This document shows positions 19,393 through 29,151 of a DNA stretch of 64,000 bases, piece after piece. Every line of letters starts with the position of its first letter. Position 1 is the first letter of the stretch. This DNA is from an uncultured Gemmatimonadales bacterium (GTDB taxonomy: Bacteria; Gemmatimonadota; Gemmatimonadetes; Longimicrobiales; RSA9), in contig CAWAYJ010000003.1 in assembly GCA_963786235.1 (NCBI GenBank), forward strand, positions 18,236-82,235, read 5' to 3'. The position numbers and the translations under genes were made by a program. Under the pieces are notes generated by a model. The model did no database searches, was not told the origin of the DNA, and was given only the letters and a program-made list of their open reading frames with translations.

Positions 19393-20553
19393 ATGAGCGA
19401 GACGCAGGCTGCGGCGGAGCGGGCGCTGGCGGCGTTCCACGACGCGTTCGGCGGCGACCCCGACGCTGCCGCGCGGGCTCCGGGCCGGACGAACCTGATC
19501 GGGGAGCACGTCGACTACAACGACGGGTTCGTGCTGCCGACCGCGGTAGACCGTGACATCGTGGTCGCGGCCCGGCGCCGCCGGGAGCGCCGGTTCCGGG
19601 TGACGGCGGCCGACCTCGCCGAAAGCGCTTCCTTCCATCTGGACGAAGCCTCGCCGCCCGGCCGCTGGCCTCGCTGGGTGTCGTACGTGCTCGGCGTCGC
19701 CAAGGTGCTCGATCATTCCGGGCTCCGCCTGCCCGGTGTGGACCTGGCGTTCGCGGGCGACGTGCCGCAGGGTGCCGGCCTCTCATCCTCGGCCGCGCTC
19801 GAGGTGGCGACGGCGCGCGCGCTGATCGCGCTCACGGGCGCGGATGTGCCCGACCTCGAGGTCGTCGAGATCTGCCACCGCGCGGAGCAGCAGTGGGCGG
19901 GCGTGAACTGCGGCGTGATGGACCAGTTCACGTCGGTCTTCGGCCGGGCCGGCCAGGCGATCTACCTCGACTGTCGCACGCTCGACTGCATCGGCGTGCC
20001 GATCCCGGAGAACGCGGTGCTGATCGCGGCGGACAGCGGCGTCCGCCATTCCCTCGCGGATTCCGCGTACAACGAGCGGGTCCGTGAGTGCGACGAGGCC
20101 GCGTACCGTCTGGGCGTGCGGAAGCTCCGCGACATCGGATACGACGAGTACTTCGCGCGCATCGAGGAGTTGCCCGAGCGGGTGCGGATGCGCTCGCGCC
20201 ACGTGGTGACGGAGATCGAGCGGACGCGCGAGGCTGCGGCGGCGCTCGAGGCGGGCGACCTCACCCGGGTCGGCCGCGCCATGAACGACAGCCACGAGAG
20301 CCTGCGCCTCGACTACGAGGTCTCGACGCCCGAGCTGGACGCGCTCGTGCACGCGGCGCGCGGCGTGCCCGGCGTCTACGGCAGCCGGCTGAGCGGCGCC
20401 GGCTTCGGCGGCTGCACGATCTCGCTCGTCGAGGCGGACGCCGTGCCTTCGTTCATGGTCCACGTCCCCACCGAGTACAAGCGCCTGACCGGCCGCGATA
20501 CCGTGCTGCACGTCCTGACCCCGGCCGCGGGCGCATCGGTCCTCGACGTCTGA
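19393..20553 (+). CDS. galK: galactokinase
   Basis: GRTNLIGEHVDYNDGFVLP signature and the GHMP motif PQGAGLSSSAALEV. Confidence 0.9.
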   Translation: MSETQAAAERALAAFHDAFGGDPDAAARAPGRTNLIGEHVDYNDGFVLPTAVDRDIVVAARRRRERRFRVTAADLAESASFHLDEASPPGRWPRWVSYVLGVAKVLDHSGLRLPGVDLAFAGDVPQGAGLSSSAALEVATARALIALTGADVPDLEVVEICHRAEQQWAGVNCGVMDQFTSVFGRAGQAIYLDCRTLDCIGVPIPENAVLIAADSGVRHSLADSAYNERVRECDEAAYRLGVRKLRDIGYDEYFARIEELPERVRMRSRHVVTEIERTREAAAALEAGDLTRVGRAMNDSHESLRLDYEVSTPELDALVHAARGVPGVYGSRLSGAGFGGCTISLVEADAVPSFMVHVPTEYKRLTGRDTVLHVLTPAAGASVLDV

Positions 20554-20562
20554 CGCGGGGCG

Positions 20563-20793
20563 TCAGCCGTCGATCACGTTCGCGGAGCGCAACACCTCGA
20601 GGGCGCGCTCGACGTTCTCGCTGAGTACGATCAGGCGCGCGCCCTTCGGAAAGGTCATGCCGGTGTCCGTCATGGACGCGTCGTCCATGCTGACCATGGA
20701 CTCGATGCCGGCATCCTGCAGGTAGCCCTGCGCCAGCTCTGCCTCGTAGCGGTGTGAGAACCGCCCCACGACGATCTCGGCGTCCCGTTCCAT
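20563..20793 (-). CDS. DUF2007-like small protein
   Basis: 76 aa, EAELAQGYLQDAGIESMV..., resembling the putative signal-transducing DUF2007 fold. Confidence 0.5.
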   Translation of the reverse strand: MERDAEIVVGRFSHRYEAELAQGYLQDAGIESMVSMDDASMTDTGMTFPKGARLIVLSENVERALEVLRSANVIDG

Positions 20794-23054
20794 CAGCTGC
20801 CCTCCTCCCGTCGTTCAATGACCGTGAACGGCCGCTCGCGGGTCGCGGACCGGCCGGTCTCGCCGTCCGTAACCAAGATGCGGACCCGGTAGCGGCCCGG
20901 CGAGAGCTCGGACTCGACCGAGCGGATCTCGCGCACGACGCCGTCGGATTCCGGTTGCGCCACGCCCTCGAAGCGGAGCCGGACCGCGGGCCCGCCGCCC
21001 CCGAACAATCGCTTCACCGCGCGGCCAATGCCGCCGCCCTGGTGCTCGATGAGCAGCTCCGTCGTGTACGCGTGGTCGGCGGCCAGGTTGTACACCTCGT
21101 AGAACACGTCGAACGCGCCGCCCTGGTACTCGCGCGTGGGCACGAGGCGCAGCGCGATGCCGCCGCGCCGGAAACTGCCGGTCTCGCCCGGCGCGGCGAG
21201 CACGACGTCGCTCAGCATCAGCGAGTTTCCGCCGAAGTCGGGGATGTCGAGTGCGCGTCCGAGCATCCCGCCGGTGGTCGAGTCTTCCGCGTCGCGGACG
21301 ACGAGCCGGTGCGCGAGGCCGTGGCCCGGGACGACGGGCATGGAGAGCGTCGCGAGCACGATGTCGTCGGGCGCGCCGTGCTCGGGCTCGCGGATCACGA
21401 GCGACGTGTCAGCCCTCACGACGCGGCGCTCGACCGTGTCCACCACGATCGAGGACAGGGAGACCGACCAGCGCGTGCCGCGGCCGGTGACCGTCGGGTG
21501 CAGGGCGCGGGCGGGCAGCGCGACCGCGGCCGTGAGGTCGGTCCGGCCGTAGTCGCCGCGGAACGCGAACAGGTCGTAGATGAAGGGGAGCGGGTTGGCG
21601 AAGTCGGGCCGGTCGCTGTCGGAGGCGAGCGCGGCCAGCGCATCGCGGCGGACCTCGGCACTGACGGAGCGGCGGTCGAACTCGTCGCAGCTCACGAAGC
21701 TCAGCCGGCGGTCGAACAGCTGCCGGTCCGAGAGGTACTCCGGGTCGCAGAGCACGTTGTAGATGAGCACGTAGTCGTTGTAGGCCTGCGGGACCTCGCC
21801 ATCGATCGCGGACGCGGTCGGGTTGCCCGCGCCGACCCGGCCGGCGCCGCCGCCCACCGACAGTGCCGACGCGTACTGCACGAACTGGAGGAGCCGGTAG
21901 CCGCCCTCGAGCGCCGGGTACGCCCACGACTCGTTGCGCAGCTCGCCCGGCGAGCGGATGATGCGCGCGGGCTCGCCGTGGCGGACGAGGATGATGCCGC
22001 GGTCGTCGAACGGCAGGTCGGGCCGCTCGAGCAGCAGCGCGTTGGACGGTGGCGCGCCGTACTTGCGGAGCCGCGGGTAGTCACGGGTGGCGCGGTCGAG
22101 CCGGCGGTAGTGCTCGGCGATGCGCGCGGCCACGCTCTCCCCCGACAGCGCGGCGCGCACGTCCCAGTAGTTGTGCAGCCAGGCGCGCCGGCCCGCGGAG
22201 TCCGCCACCCGCCATTCCGCGAGCTCCGCCTCGGTCGCGATCGGTCGCGCGTCATCGTACATATCCTCGATCGTCGCCCCGCTCGCGCTGTCGATCGCGA
22301 CGAAGTACTCGCGGGCGCCGGCCTCCAGCTCGCCCTGGCCGAGGAGCGCACGAGCGAGCGCGTATCGCGCGCCGGGTGGTGGGTCCGGCGCGCGCGCGGC
22401 GCGGACGGCGGCCTCCCGGGCCACGTCGAAGTCCTGTTGTGCGGCCGCGATGCGGGAGAGCGCGAGGTTGGCGGTTGCGTCCGTGCGACCCTCACTCTCC
22501 GCCCGTTCGAGCGTTGCGCGCGCGGCGGCCAGCTCGGCGGAGTTCCGTTTCTCCGTGGCGAGGCCGGCGAGCAGCACGGCGGCCTCGATCAGGCCGGGAT
22601 CGCGTTCGAGCGCGTTGCGGAGCGCGCGGCTGGCGCGGGAGCGTGCGTCGCGGCCGAGCGCTTCCTTGAACGCGCGGTCCATGACGACCGTGGGCGCGGG
22701 GTCGGTGATCTCGGGATCGCGGAGCCAGCTCATGCCGAGGCCGAGCGCGGCGGCCGCGAGTTCCGGATCGGCCTTCGTCGCATCCTCGAACCGGTCGCGC
22801 GCGCGCCGCAGGTCGGCGACGAGGCCCGTCAGCTCGTAGAGCCGGAGTCCGGCGAAGCCCTGGCGCAGGAGCGACACGGGCGAGGCATCCTTCGGCGGGG
22901 CCGCCCACGTGGCGCGGTGAAGGCCGGGCACGTCCGAGACCGCGGCGACGGAATCGCGGAACGCGGTGATGTCCGGGGTCTGCGCGCGGACGGGAGCCGC
23001 GATCGCCAGCACGGTGGCCAGGACGGTGACGGTTCCCGCTGCGGTGACCTGCAT
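20793..23054 (-). CDS. secreted TPR-like / GWxTD-like domain protein (family tentative)
   Basis: 753 aa. Signal ends APVRAQ, with a helical-repeat N-terminus. The stretch FDDRGIILVRHGEPARII resembles the GWxTD-domain core. Confidence 0.65.
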   Translation of the reverse strand: MQVTAAGTVTVLATVLAIAAPVRAQTPDITAFRDSVAAVSDVPGLHRATWAAPPKDASPVSLLRQGFAGLRLYELTGLVADLRRARDRFEDATKADPELAAAALGLGMSWLRDPEITDPAPTVVMDRAFKEALGRDARSRASRALRNALERDPGLIEAAVLLAGLATEKRNSAELAAARATLERAESEGRTDATANLALSRIAAAQQDFDVAREAAVRAARAPDPPPGARYALARALLGQGELEAGAREYFVAIDSASGATIEDMYDDARPIATEAELAEWRVADSAGRRAWLHNYWDVRAALSGESVAARIAEHYRRLDRATRDYPRLRKYGAPPSNALLLERPDLPFDDRGIILVRHGEPARIIRSPGELRNESWAYPALEGGYRLLQFVQYASALSVGGGAGRVGAGNPTASAIDGEVPQAYNDYVLIYNVLCDPEYLSDRQLFDRRLSFVSCDEFDRRSVSAEVRRDALAALASDSDRPDFANPLPFIYDLFAFRGDYGRTDLTAAVALPARALHPTVTGRGTRWSVSLSSIVVDTVERRVVRADTSLVIREPEHGAPDDIVLATLSMPVVPGHGLAHRLVVRDAEDSTTGGMLGRALDIPDFGGNSLMLSDVVLAAPGETGSFRRGGIALRLVPTREYQGGAFDVFYEVYNLAADHAYTTELLIEHQGGGIGRAVKRLFGGGGPAVRLRFEGVAQPESDGVVREIRSVESELSPGRYRVRILVTDGETGRSATRERPFTVIERREEGS

Positions 23055-23251
23055 TTCGCCGCTCGAAGAGTGGGGAAGGGTATCCGGCGTGCCACCGGAC
23101 CCGTGGGCTGTACACGTCCGGCCCGGTGCCGTTCCGAGGGGTCCGGCGGAACCCCGGGCCCCCGCCTCGGGTTTTCCCTGCCGGTCTCGTCACGGTATCT
23201 TCCGGCCGCTCCGCCGGGCGGTCCCGGCGGGCCGCACCAGGACAGTGGAAC

Positions 23252-24355
23252 ATGATCGAGATCGAGACACTGCCGTTCGACCGTTTCTTCCTGCCGGGCC
23301 CCGTGGGCGTGCGTCCCGAGACACTCGCGCAGATGTCGAAAGGGATGATCGGGCACCGCGTGCCCGAGATGAGCGAGCTGATGGAGTTCATCCAGTCCCG
23401 GCTCAAGACCATCTTCGGCACGACGCGGCCCGTGTACGTGTCCACCAGCTCCGCGACCGGGCTCATGGAGGGCGCGGTCCGGAACGGCGCGCGACGGCAG
23501 GTGCTCTCGCTCGTGAACGGCGCGTTCAGCTCCCGGTTCCACAAGATCACGCTCGCCAACGGGCTCCGGGCCGACGCGCTCGAGGTGCCGTGGGGCCAGG
23601 TCCACACGCCCGGCATGCTGGACGATGCGCTCAGCCGTGGCATCTACGACGCGGTCACGGTCGTGCACTCGGAGACCTCGACTGGCGCGCTAAACCCGAT
23701 CCACGAGCTGGCCGAGGTCGCGCACAAGAACGGCGATGTCGCGATCCTCGTGGACAGCGTGTCCGGTCTCGCGGGCGCGCCGCTCCACACCGATGACTGG
23801 CGGCTCGACTTCGTGCTGACCGGCTCGCAGAAGGCGCTCGCGGTGCCACCCGGCCTCGCGTTCGGCGTGGCCCAGAAGAGCGTGCTCGAGCGCGCCCGCA
23901 GCAAGAACGACCGCGGCATCTACTTCGACTTCCTCGAGTTCGAGAAGAACCTCGTCGAGAGGAACCAGACGCCCAGCACGCCCGCGGTTTCGCTGCTCTA
24001 CGCCCTCGCCGAACAGGCCGAGCACATCGTGCAGGAGGGGATGGAGGCGCGCTGGGCGCGGCACGCCGCGATGGCCGAGCGCACGTACCGCTGGGTGGCC
24101 GAGATGAACGAGCGCGGCGTGAAGCTCGAGATCGTCGCGCCCGAGGGCGCCCGCTCGCCGACCGTCACCTGCATCCGCCTGCCCGACGGCTGGACCGGGC
24201 CGAAAGTCGTCGCCGAGACGAGGAAGCGCGGCTTCGCCGTCGCGACCGGGTACGGCAAGCTGAAGGAAGAGTCGTTCCGCATCGGCCACATGGGCGAGCA
24301 CACGGTCGCCGGTCTCGAGTCGCTGCTCGACGTGCTGACGGACGTGCTCGCATGA
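23252..24355 (+). CDS. class V aminotransferase (serine-glyoxylate / phosphoserine aminotransferase-like)
   Basis: 367 aa with a PLP-fold class V pattern (LTGSQKALAVPPGLAF). ATGA-coupled to serA. Confidence 0.75.
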   Translation: MIEIETLPFDRFFLPGPVGVRPETLAQMSKGMIGHRVPEMSELMEFIQSRLKTIFGTTRPVYVSTSSATGLMEGAVRNGARRQVLSLVNGAFSSRFHKITLANGLRADALEVPWGQVHTPGMLDDALSRGIYDAVTVVHSETSTGALNPIHELAEVAHKNGDVAILVDSVSGLAGAPLHTDDWRLDFVLTGSQKALAVPPGLAFGVAQKSVLERARSKNDRGIYFDFLEFEKNLVERNQTPSTPAVSLLYALAEQAEHIVQEGMEARWARHAAMAERTYRWVAEMNERGVKLEIVAPEGARSPTVTCIRLPDGWTGPKVVAETRKRGFAVATGYGKLKEESFRIGHMGEHTVAGLESLLDVLTDVLA

Positions 24356-25998
24356 GCGACACGGCGACGAAGGCGACGAAGCCGAGGGAAGCCGCCGCGG
24401 ACGGCGGCCGGTTCCGGGTCGTGCTCGCCGACTCGATCTCGCCGACCGGCCTGCTGCCGCTCGCGGAGGACGGCCGCTTCGAGATCGTCGCGCGGACCGG
24501 CCTCAAGGGTGAGGCTCTGGCCGACGCGCTGGCCGAAGCCGATGCCGTCATCGTGCGGAGCGCGACGCGCATCACGCGCGAGGCCATGAGCCGCGCCGAC
24601 CGGTTGCGCGTCATCGGACGCGCCGGCGTCGGCGTCGACAACATCGATGTCGAGGCGGCGACCGAGCGCGGCATCGCCGTGCTCAACGCGCCCGCCGGCA
24701 ATACCGTGTCCGCCGCCGAGCTCACGCTCGCGCTCCTGCTCTCGCTCGTCCGCCACGTGCCCGCCGCCGACCGCTCCATGAAGGACGGCGCGTGGGACCG
24801 GAAGAGCTTCGCCGGGACCGAGCTGGCCGGGAAGACGCTCGGCCTCGTCGGCGCCGGCCGCATCGGCACCGCGGTCACCGACCGGGCCCGCGCCTTCGGC
24901 ATGGGCGTCGTCGCCTACGACCCGTACCTCGATCGCGAGCACGCGGCCGCGCACGGCATCGAGCTGGCCTCGCTCGACCTGGTCATCGAGCGCGCCGACG
25001 TGATCTCCGTCCACGTGCCGCTGACCGACGCGACCCGCGGCATCATCGGCGACGCCGAGTTCGAGCGCATGAAGCCCGGCGTCTTCGTGCTCAATGCCGC
25101 GCGCGGCGGTGTCATCGACGAGGCCGCGCTCGTGCGCGCGCTCGAGAAGGGCCGCGTCGCAGGCGCCGGCATCGACGTCTACGGCGCTGAGCCGCTGCCC
25201 GCCGACCACCCGCTCCGCTCCGCGCCCAACACGGTGCTCACGCCGCACCTCGGCGCATCGACGGCCGAGGCGCAGGAGAGCGTGGCGCTCGAGATCGCGG
25301 GTGCGGTCCGGGCCGCGCTCGTGGACAGCGATTTCACGCGTGCGGTCAACGCGCCGGCGATCGGCGGCGACGCGATGCGCAAGCTGCGGCCGCTGCTCGA
25401 CCTCGCCGAACGGCTCGGCCGGCTCGCCGCCGGGCTCACCGACGGCGCGCTCCAGAAGATCGAGGTCTCCTGGACCGGCTCCGCCGACACCCTGCTCCGC
25501 CCGCTCGCGTCCGCCGTGCTCTGCGGCATGCTCCGGGGTGTCGTCGGCAAGGGCGCCGTCAACTACGTGAACGCGATGCACGTCGCCCAGACACGAGGCG
25601 CGACCGTCACCACGACCCGCCTCGCCGGCGGCGCCGATTACGGCCAGTACCTCGAGGTCGCCGCCACGGTCGACGGCCGGCTCCTCACCGTGGCCGGCGC
25701 GTTGCTCGACGGGACGCACCCGCGCATCGTCGGCATCGATGGGTTCCGCATGGACGCGCGTCCGTTCGGCACACTGCTCGTCGTGCAGAACCGCGACGTG
25801 CCCGGTGTGATCGGCCGGGTCGGCTCGCTGCTGGGCGAGGCGGGCGTGAACATCGGCGAGTACAACCAGTCGCGGCGCGAGGCGGGCGGGGAGGCGCTCG
25901 GGCTGGTCGCGATCGATGAGATGGTGGGGCCGGAGACCATGGCAAAGCTGGCGGCCGTGCCGGAGATCACCGCGGTCTACCAGGTTCCGCTCGGTTGA
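24352..25998 (+). CDS. serA: D-3-phosphoglycerate dehydrogenase (long form with ASB/ACT domains)
   Basis: 548 aa. GLVGAGRIGTAV NAD motif, 2-hydroxyacid dehydrogenase signatures, C-terminal ACT-like region (LLVVQNRDVPGVIGRVGSLLGE). Confidence 0.9.
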   Translation: MSDTATKATKPREAAADGGRFRVVLADSISPTGLLPLAEDGRFEIVARTGLKGEALADALAEADAVIVRSATRITREAMSRADRLRVIGRAGVGVDNIDVEAATERGIAVLNAPAGNTVSAAELTLALLLSLVRHVPAADRSMKDGAWDRKSFAGTELAGKTLGLVGAGRIGTAVTDRARAFGMGVVAYDPYLDREHAAAHGIELASLDLVIERADVISVHVPLTDATRGIIGDAEFERMKPGVFVLNAARGGVIDEAALVRALEKGRVAGAGIDVYGAEPLPADHPLRSAPNTVLTPHLGASTAEAQESVALEIAGAVRAALVDSDFTRAVNAPAIGGDAMRKLRPLLDLAERLGRLAAGLTDGALQKIEVSWTGSADTLLRPLASAVLCGMLRGVVGKGAVNYVNAMHVAQTRGATVTTTRLAGGADYGQYLEVAATVDGRLLTVAGALLDGTHPRIVGIDGFRMDARPFGTLLVVQNRDVPGVIGRVGSLLGEAGVNIGEYNQSRREAGGEALGLVAIDEMVGPETMAKLAAVPEITAVYQVPLG

Positions 25999-26607
25999 CT
26001 ACTTCCGCAGCCGTTTCGCGCCGGCGCGCCGCGCCCATTCGCCGACCCGCAGGACCGCGGGCGACCGCATGCGCGGCGTCGAGAACATCCAGCCGCGCCG
26101 GATCTCGCGCGGCTCCTCGATCGTGATGAACGCGTCCGGATCCCAGCGCTCGACCTCGCGCAGCACAATCCGGATCTGCCGGCGGGCGACCACCGTGTGC
26201 ATGACTTCGACCGGACCCTTGCGCCCCTGGCCCGTGTACGCCGTGACGCCGAAGCCGAGGGCGCGCAGGCCGTCGGCGAGGCCGGCGCCCGCGCGCATGG
26301 TAATGACTTGCATGGTCGCGATGCCGATGGCCAGCTTCTCCTCGAGCCACAGGCCGACGCTCGTGCCGGCCGCGAAGCCGAGCGAGTAGCCGAGCACGTG
26401 CCATACGCTGTCGAGGTGGCGGATCGCATTGCCGGCCGCGACCAGCCAGACGAGAACCTCGACGAAGCCGATGATGGGGACCAGCAGCTTGCGGCCGCGC
26501 ACCGCGAGCAGGATGCGCACCGTCGAGAGGGAGACGTCGACGATGCGCAACAGGAAGATCACGAGAGGCCCGACAGGGCCGCTGAAGAGAAAATCGATGT
26601 CCGGCAT
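25999..26607 (-). CDS. DUF2179/UPF0316-family membrane protein
   Basis: 202 aa. N-terminal TM helices followed by a DUF2179-like C-domain (GVTAYTGQGRKGPVEVMHTVV). Confidence 0.65.
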   Translation of the reverse strand: MPDIDFLFSGPVGPLVIFLLRIVDVSLSTVRILLAVRGRKLLVPIIGFVEVLVWLVAAGNAIRHLDSVWHVLGYSLGFAAGTSVGLWLEEKLAIGIATMQVITMRAGAGLADGLRALGFGVTAYTGQGRKGPVEVMHTVVARRQIRIVLREVERWDPDAFITIEEPREIRRGWMFSTPRMRSPAVLRVGEWARRAGAKRLRK

Positions 26608-27982
26608 GCACCTTCGTCGCGGGAGTCCGTGCTCCCCGCACTATAGCGGTTCCGCCGCGCCGCTCCAAAGCCGGCCCTGGACCGCGGCGACGTTCGTCGC
26701 CTCGCTGCTCTTCGCGGTCGCGTGCAGTGGGACTCCCGCCGCGACACCCGCCGCCGCGGCACCCGCCGCCGCGCAACGCGGCTCGGGCGGCGTCAACGCT
26801 CCGCGCTGGATCGACGCGCCGTACGTCCTGCTCGTCTCGTTCGACGCGTTCCGCTGGGACTACCCGGACCGCGGCGTGACGCCCAACCTCGAGCGGCTGG
26901 CCGCGCGCGGCGTCCGCGCCGACGCGCTCATCCCGATGTTCCCGAGCAAGACGTTCGCCAACCACTACTCGATCGCGACCGGCATGTCACCCGGCCACAA
27001 CGGCATCGTTGCGAACAACTTCTACGACCCGGCCTTCGACGCGACCTACCGGCTCAGCGACCGCAGCACGGTGCAGGACGGGCGCTGGTACGGCGGTGAG
27101 CCCATCTGGGTGACCGCCGAGATGCAGGGCATGGTCACCGCCGCCATGTTCTTCGTCGGTACCGAGGCGCCCGTCAAGGGCATCCAGCCGACGTACTGGA
27201 ACACGTTCGACGCCAACGTCACCGAGGACACACGCATCCGCGCCGTTCTCGACTGGCTCGCCATGCCCGCGGAGAAGCGGCCGCACCTCATCACCCTCTA
27301 CTTCGAGCGCCTCGACAACGCCGGCCACTGGTACGGTCCCGACTCGCCCGAGCTCGACCTCGCCCTCGCCGGCGCCGACAGCATCGTCGGCCGGCTGATG
27401 GACGGCATCGATGCGCTGCCGTACGGCGACCGCGTGAACCTCGTCATCCTGACCGACCACGGCATGGCCATGCTCGACAAGCCGCCCGTCGAGCTCGAGG
27501 ACTGGGCCGACCTCACAGGCGTTCGTGTGCTCACCGCCGGGCCGCTCGCCCAACTGTACGTCGACGGTGACACAGCGCGTGCCCGCGCGCTCCGCGACTC
27601 GCTCGACCGCGCGCCGGGTATGCACGCCTACCTGCCCGGCGAGACGCCCGCTTCCTGGCGGACCGGCCGGAACCCGCGCTTCGGCGACGTCCTGCTCGTC
27701 GCCGACGAGGGCGTGCAGATCCGGCGCCGCGGACAATCGGGTGAGCGAACGCCCGCCACGCACGGCTGGCCGCCCATCCAATCGATGTACGGCGTGTTCT
27801 TCGCCGCCGGACCGGGCATTCGCCCGGGCACGCGGGTCCCGGCATTCGAGAACATCGACGTCTACCCGTTCCTCGCCGCGCTGCTCGGTCTCGAGCCGGC
27901 CCGCGGGATCGACGGCACGCTCGACCCTCTGCTACCTGTCCTGACCGGCCCGGCCGCGGCCGCGCCACGACGCCGGCAGTGA
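26597..27982 (+). CDS. ectonucleotide pyrophosphatase/phosphodiesterase (NPP, alkaline-phosphatase superfamily) lipoprotein
   Basis: LLVSFDAFRWDY, FPSKTFANHYSIATGMSPGHNGIVANNFYDP, lipobox LLFAVAC. The start is uncertain (ATG 26597 or 26606), and both overlap the divergent gene start. Confidence 0.8.
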   Translation: MSGMHLRRGSPCSPHYSGSAAPLQSRPWTAATFVASLLFAVACSGTPAATPAAAAPAAAQRGSGGVNAPRWIDAPYVLLVSFDAFRWDYPDRGVTPNLERLAARGVRADALIPMFPSKTFANHYSIATGMSPGHNGIVANNFYDPAFDATYRLSDRSTVQDGRWYGGEPIWVTAEMQGMVTAAMFFVGTEAPVKGIQPTYWNTFDANVTEDTRIRAVLDWLAMPAEKRPHLITLYFERLDNAGHWYGPDSPELDLALAGADSIVGRLMDGIDALPYGDRVNLVILTDHGMAMLDKPPVELEDWADLTGVRVLTAGPLAQLYVDGDTARARALRDSLDRAPGMHAYLPGETPASWRTGRNPRFGDVLLVADEGVQIRRRGQSGERTPATHGWPPIQSMYGVFFAAGPGIRPGTRVPAFENIDVYPFLAALLGLEPARGIDGTLDPLLPVLTGPAAAAPRRRQ

Positions 27983-29115
27983 CGGGCATGAAAGGCAGGG
28001 TCCCGGTACTCGCGGTGGCGACGTCGCACTCCCATAGAACGTGGGCCCGACGAACGCTCCTCGCCGGCGTCCTTGCCCTCGCCGCGAGCCCGACCGCCGC
28101 GGCCGCGCAGATCGTCACCGGCACGGTCACCGTCGAGGGTACGGGCGCGGCCGCGCGCGGCGCCTGGATCGCGGTGCTCGATTCGCTCGATGAGCAGCGG
28201 ACCGCCGTGCTGACCGACTCGACCGGCCACTTCTCCGTGCGCGTTGGCGGGTTCGGGCCGGTTCACCTCCGGGCCCAGCTGATCGGCCACACCGATGCGG
28301 TGAGCGGCGTGCTCGAGGTCCGGCCCGGGCAAACCTCCGTCGTGACGCTCTCCCTGCGTGAGCGAGCGCTCCCGCTCGATGCGATCACTGTCGAAGCCGA
28401 ACGTCGCTGCGACGCATCGCCCGAGGCCGGCGCCGCGGCGATCCTGTGGGACGAAGTGAAGAAGGCGCTCGAAGGCGTGAGCCTGACCGGCCGCGCCAAC
28501 CTCGTCACCTACCGGGTGCAGCGCTCCCGACGAAGGTACGGCCTGGACAACCTGCTCCAGCGCGAGTCGCTCGACACCGTCATGTTGCGAGGCCAGCGGC
28601 CGTTCAGCACGCCGCCGCCACGCGAGCTGGTGGACAAGGGCTACGTGCAGGGCTCCGAGGCACCTTCGTTCTACGCGCCCGATGCCGACGTGCTGCTCTC
28701 CGACGGGTTCGCCGCCACGCACTGCTTCCGCGCACGCCGCGGCAGGGGCGAGACGGCGTCGATGGTCGGACTCGGGTTCGAGCCGAACGCGGACCGCCAC
28801 CTGCCCGATGTCGCCGGTACGCTCTGGATCGACACCGCGACATCCGCGCTCCGGTTCCTCGAGTTCGACTACACCGGCGTGGACTTCGGCCCACGCACCC
28901 GCGAGCTGGGCGGCCGCCTCGACTTCACGCGGTTGGAGACCGGCGCCTGGATCGTGCAGAAGTGGTGGATCCGCGGACCCCTGCTGTTCGCGCGCGGCGC
29001 ATCGGGCGGCGTCGATATCACCCGCCGCTCGATCGCCGGGTTCGTGCAGGCGGGCGCGGAGGTCATCGAGATCGTGTCGGAGAACGGCAAGGGATCGCGG
29101 GCGCCGGATCGGTGA
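27979..29115 (+). CDS. secreted CarboxypepD_reg-like + conserved C-domain protein (paralog of 6057..7238)
   Basis: 378 aa. GTGA overlap with the NPP stop; the alternative ATG is at 27988. Collinear high similarity to 6057..7238. Confidence 0.8.
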   Translation: MTGMKGRVPVLAVATSHSHRTWARRTLLAGVLALAASPTAAAAQIVTGTVTVEGTGAAARGAWIAVLDSLDEQRTAVLTDSTGHFSVRVGGFGPVHLRAQLIGHTDAVSGVLEVRPGQTSVVTLSLRERALPLDAITVEAERRCDASPEAGAAAILWDEVKKALEGVSLTGRANLVTYRVQRSRRRYGLDNLLQRESLDTVMLRGQRPFSTPPPRELVDKGYVQGSEAPSFYAPDADVLLSDGFAATHCFRARRGRGETASMVGLGFEPNADRHLPDVAGTLWIDTATSALRFLEFDYTGVDFGPRTRELGGRLDFTRLETGAWIVQKWWIRGPLLFARGASGGVDITRRSIAGFVQAGAEVIEIVSENGKGSRAPDR

Positions 29116-29151
29116 ACGGCCGGGTCGTGCCCGGAGACCCTGCGCTCGCGG

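Noticed and set aside
26597-26607. Overlapping divergent start codons of the NPP gene and the DUF2179 gene.
   Set aside because: This is probably a start-codon assignment problem rather than biology. No alternative in-frame ATG/GTG/TTG was found for NPP before the lipobox, so it is flagged in the feature evidence only.
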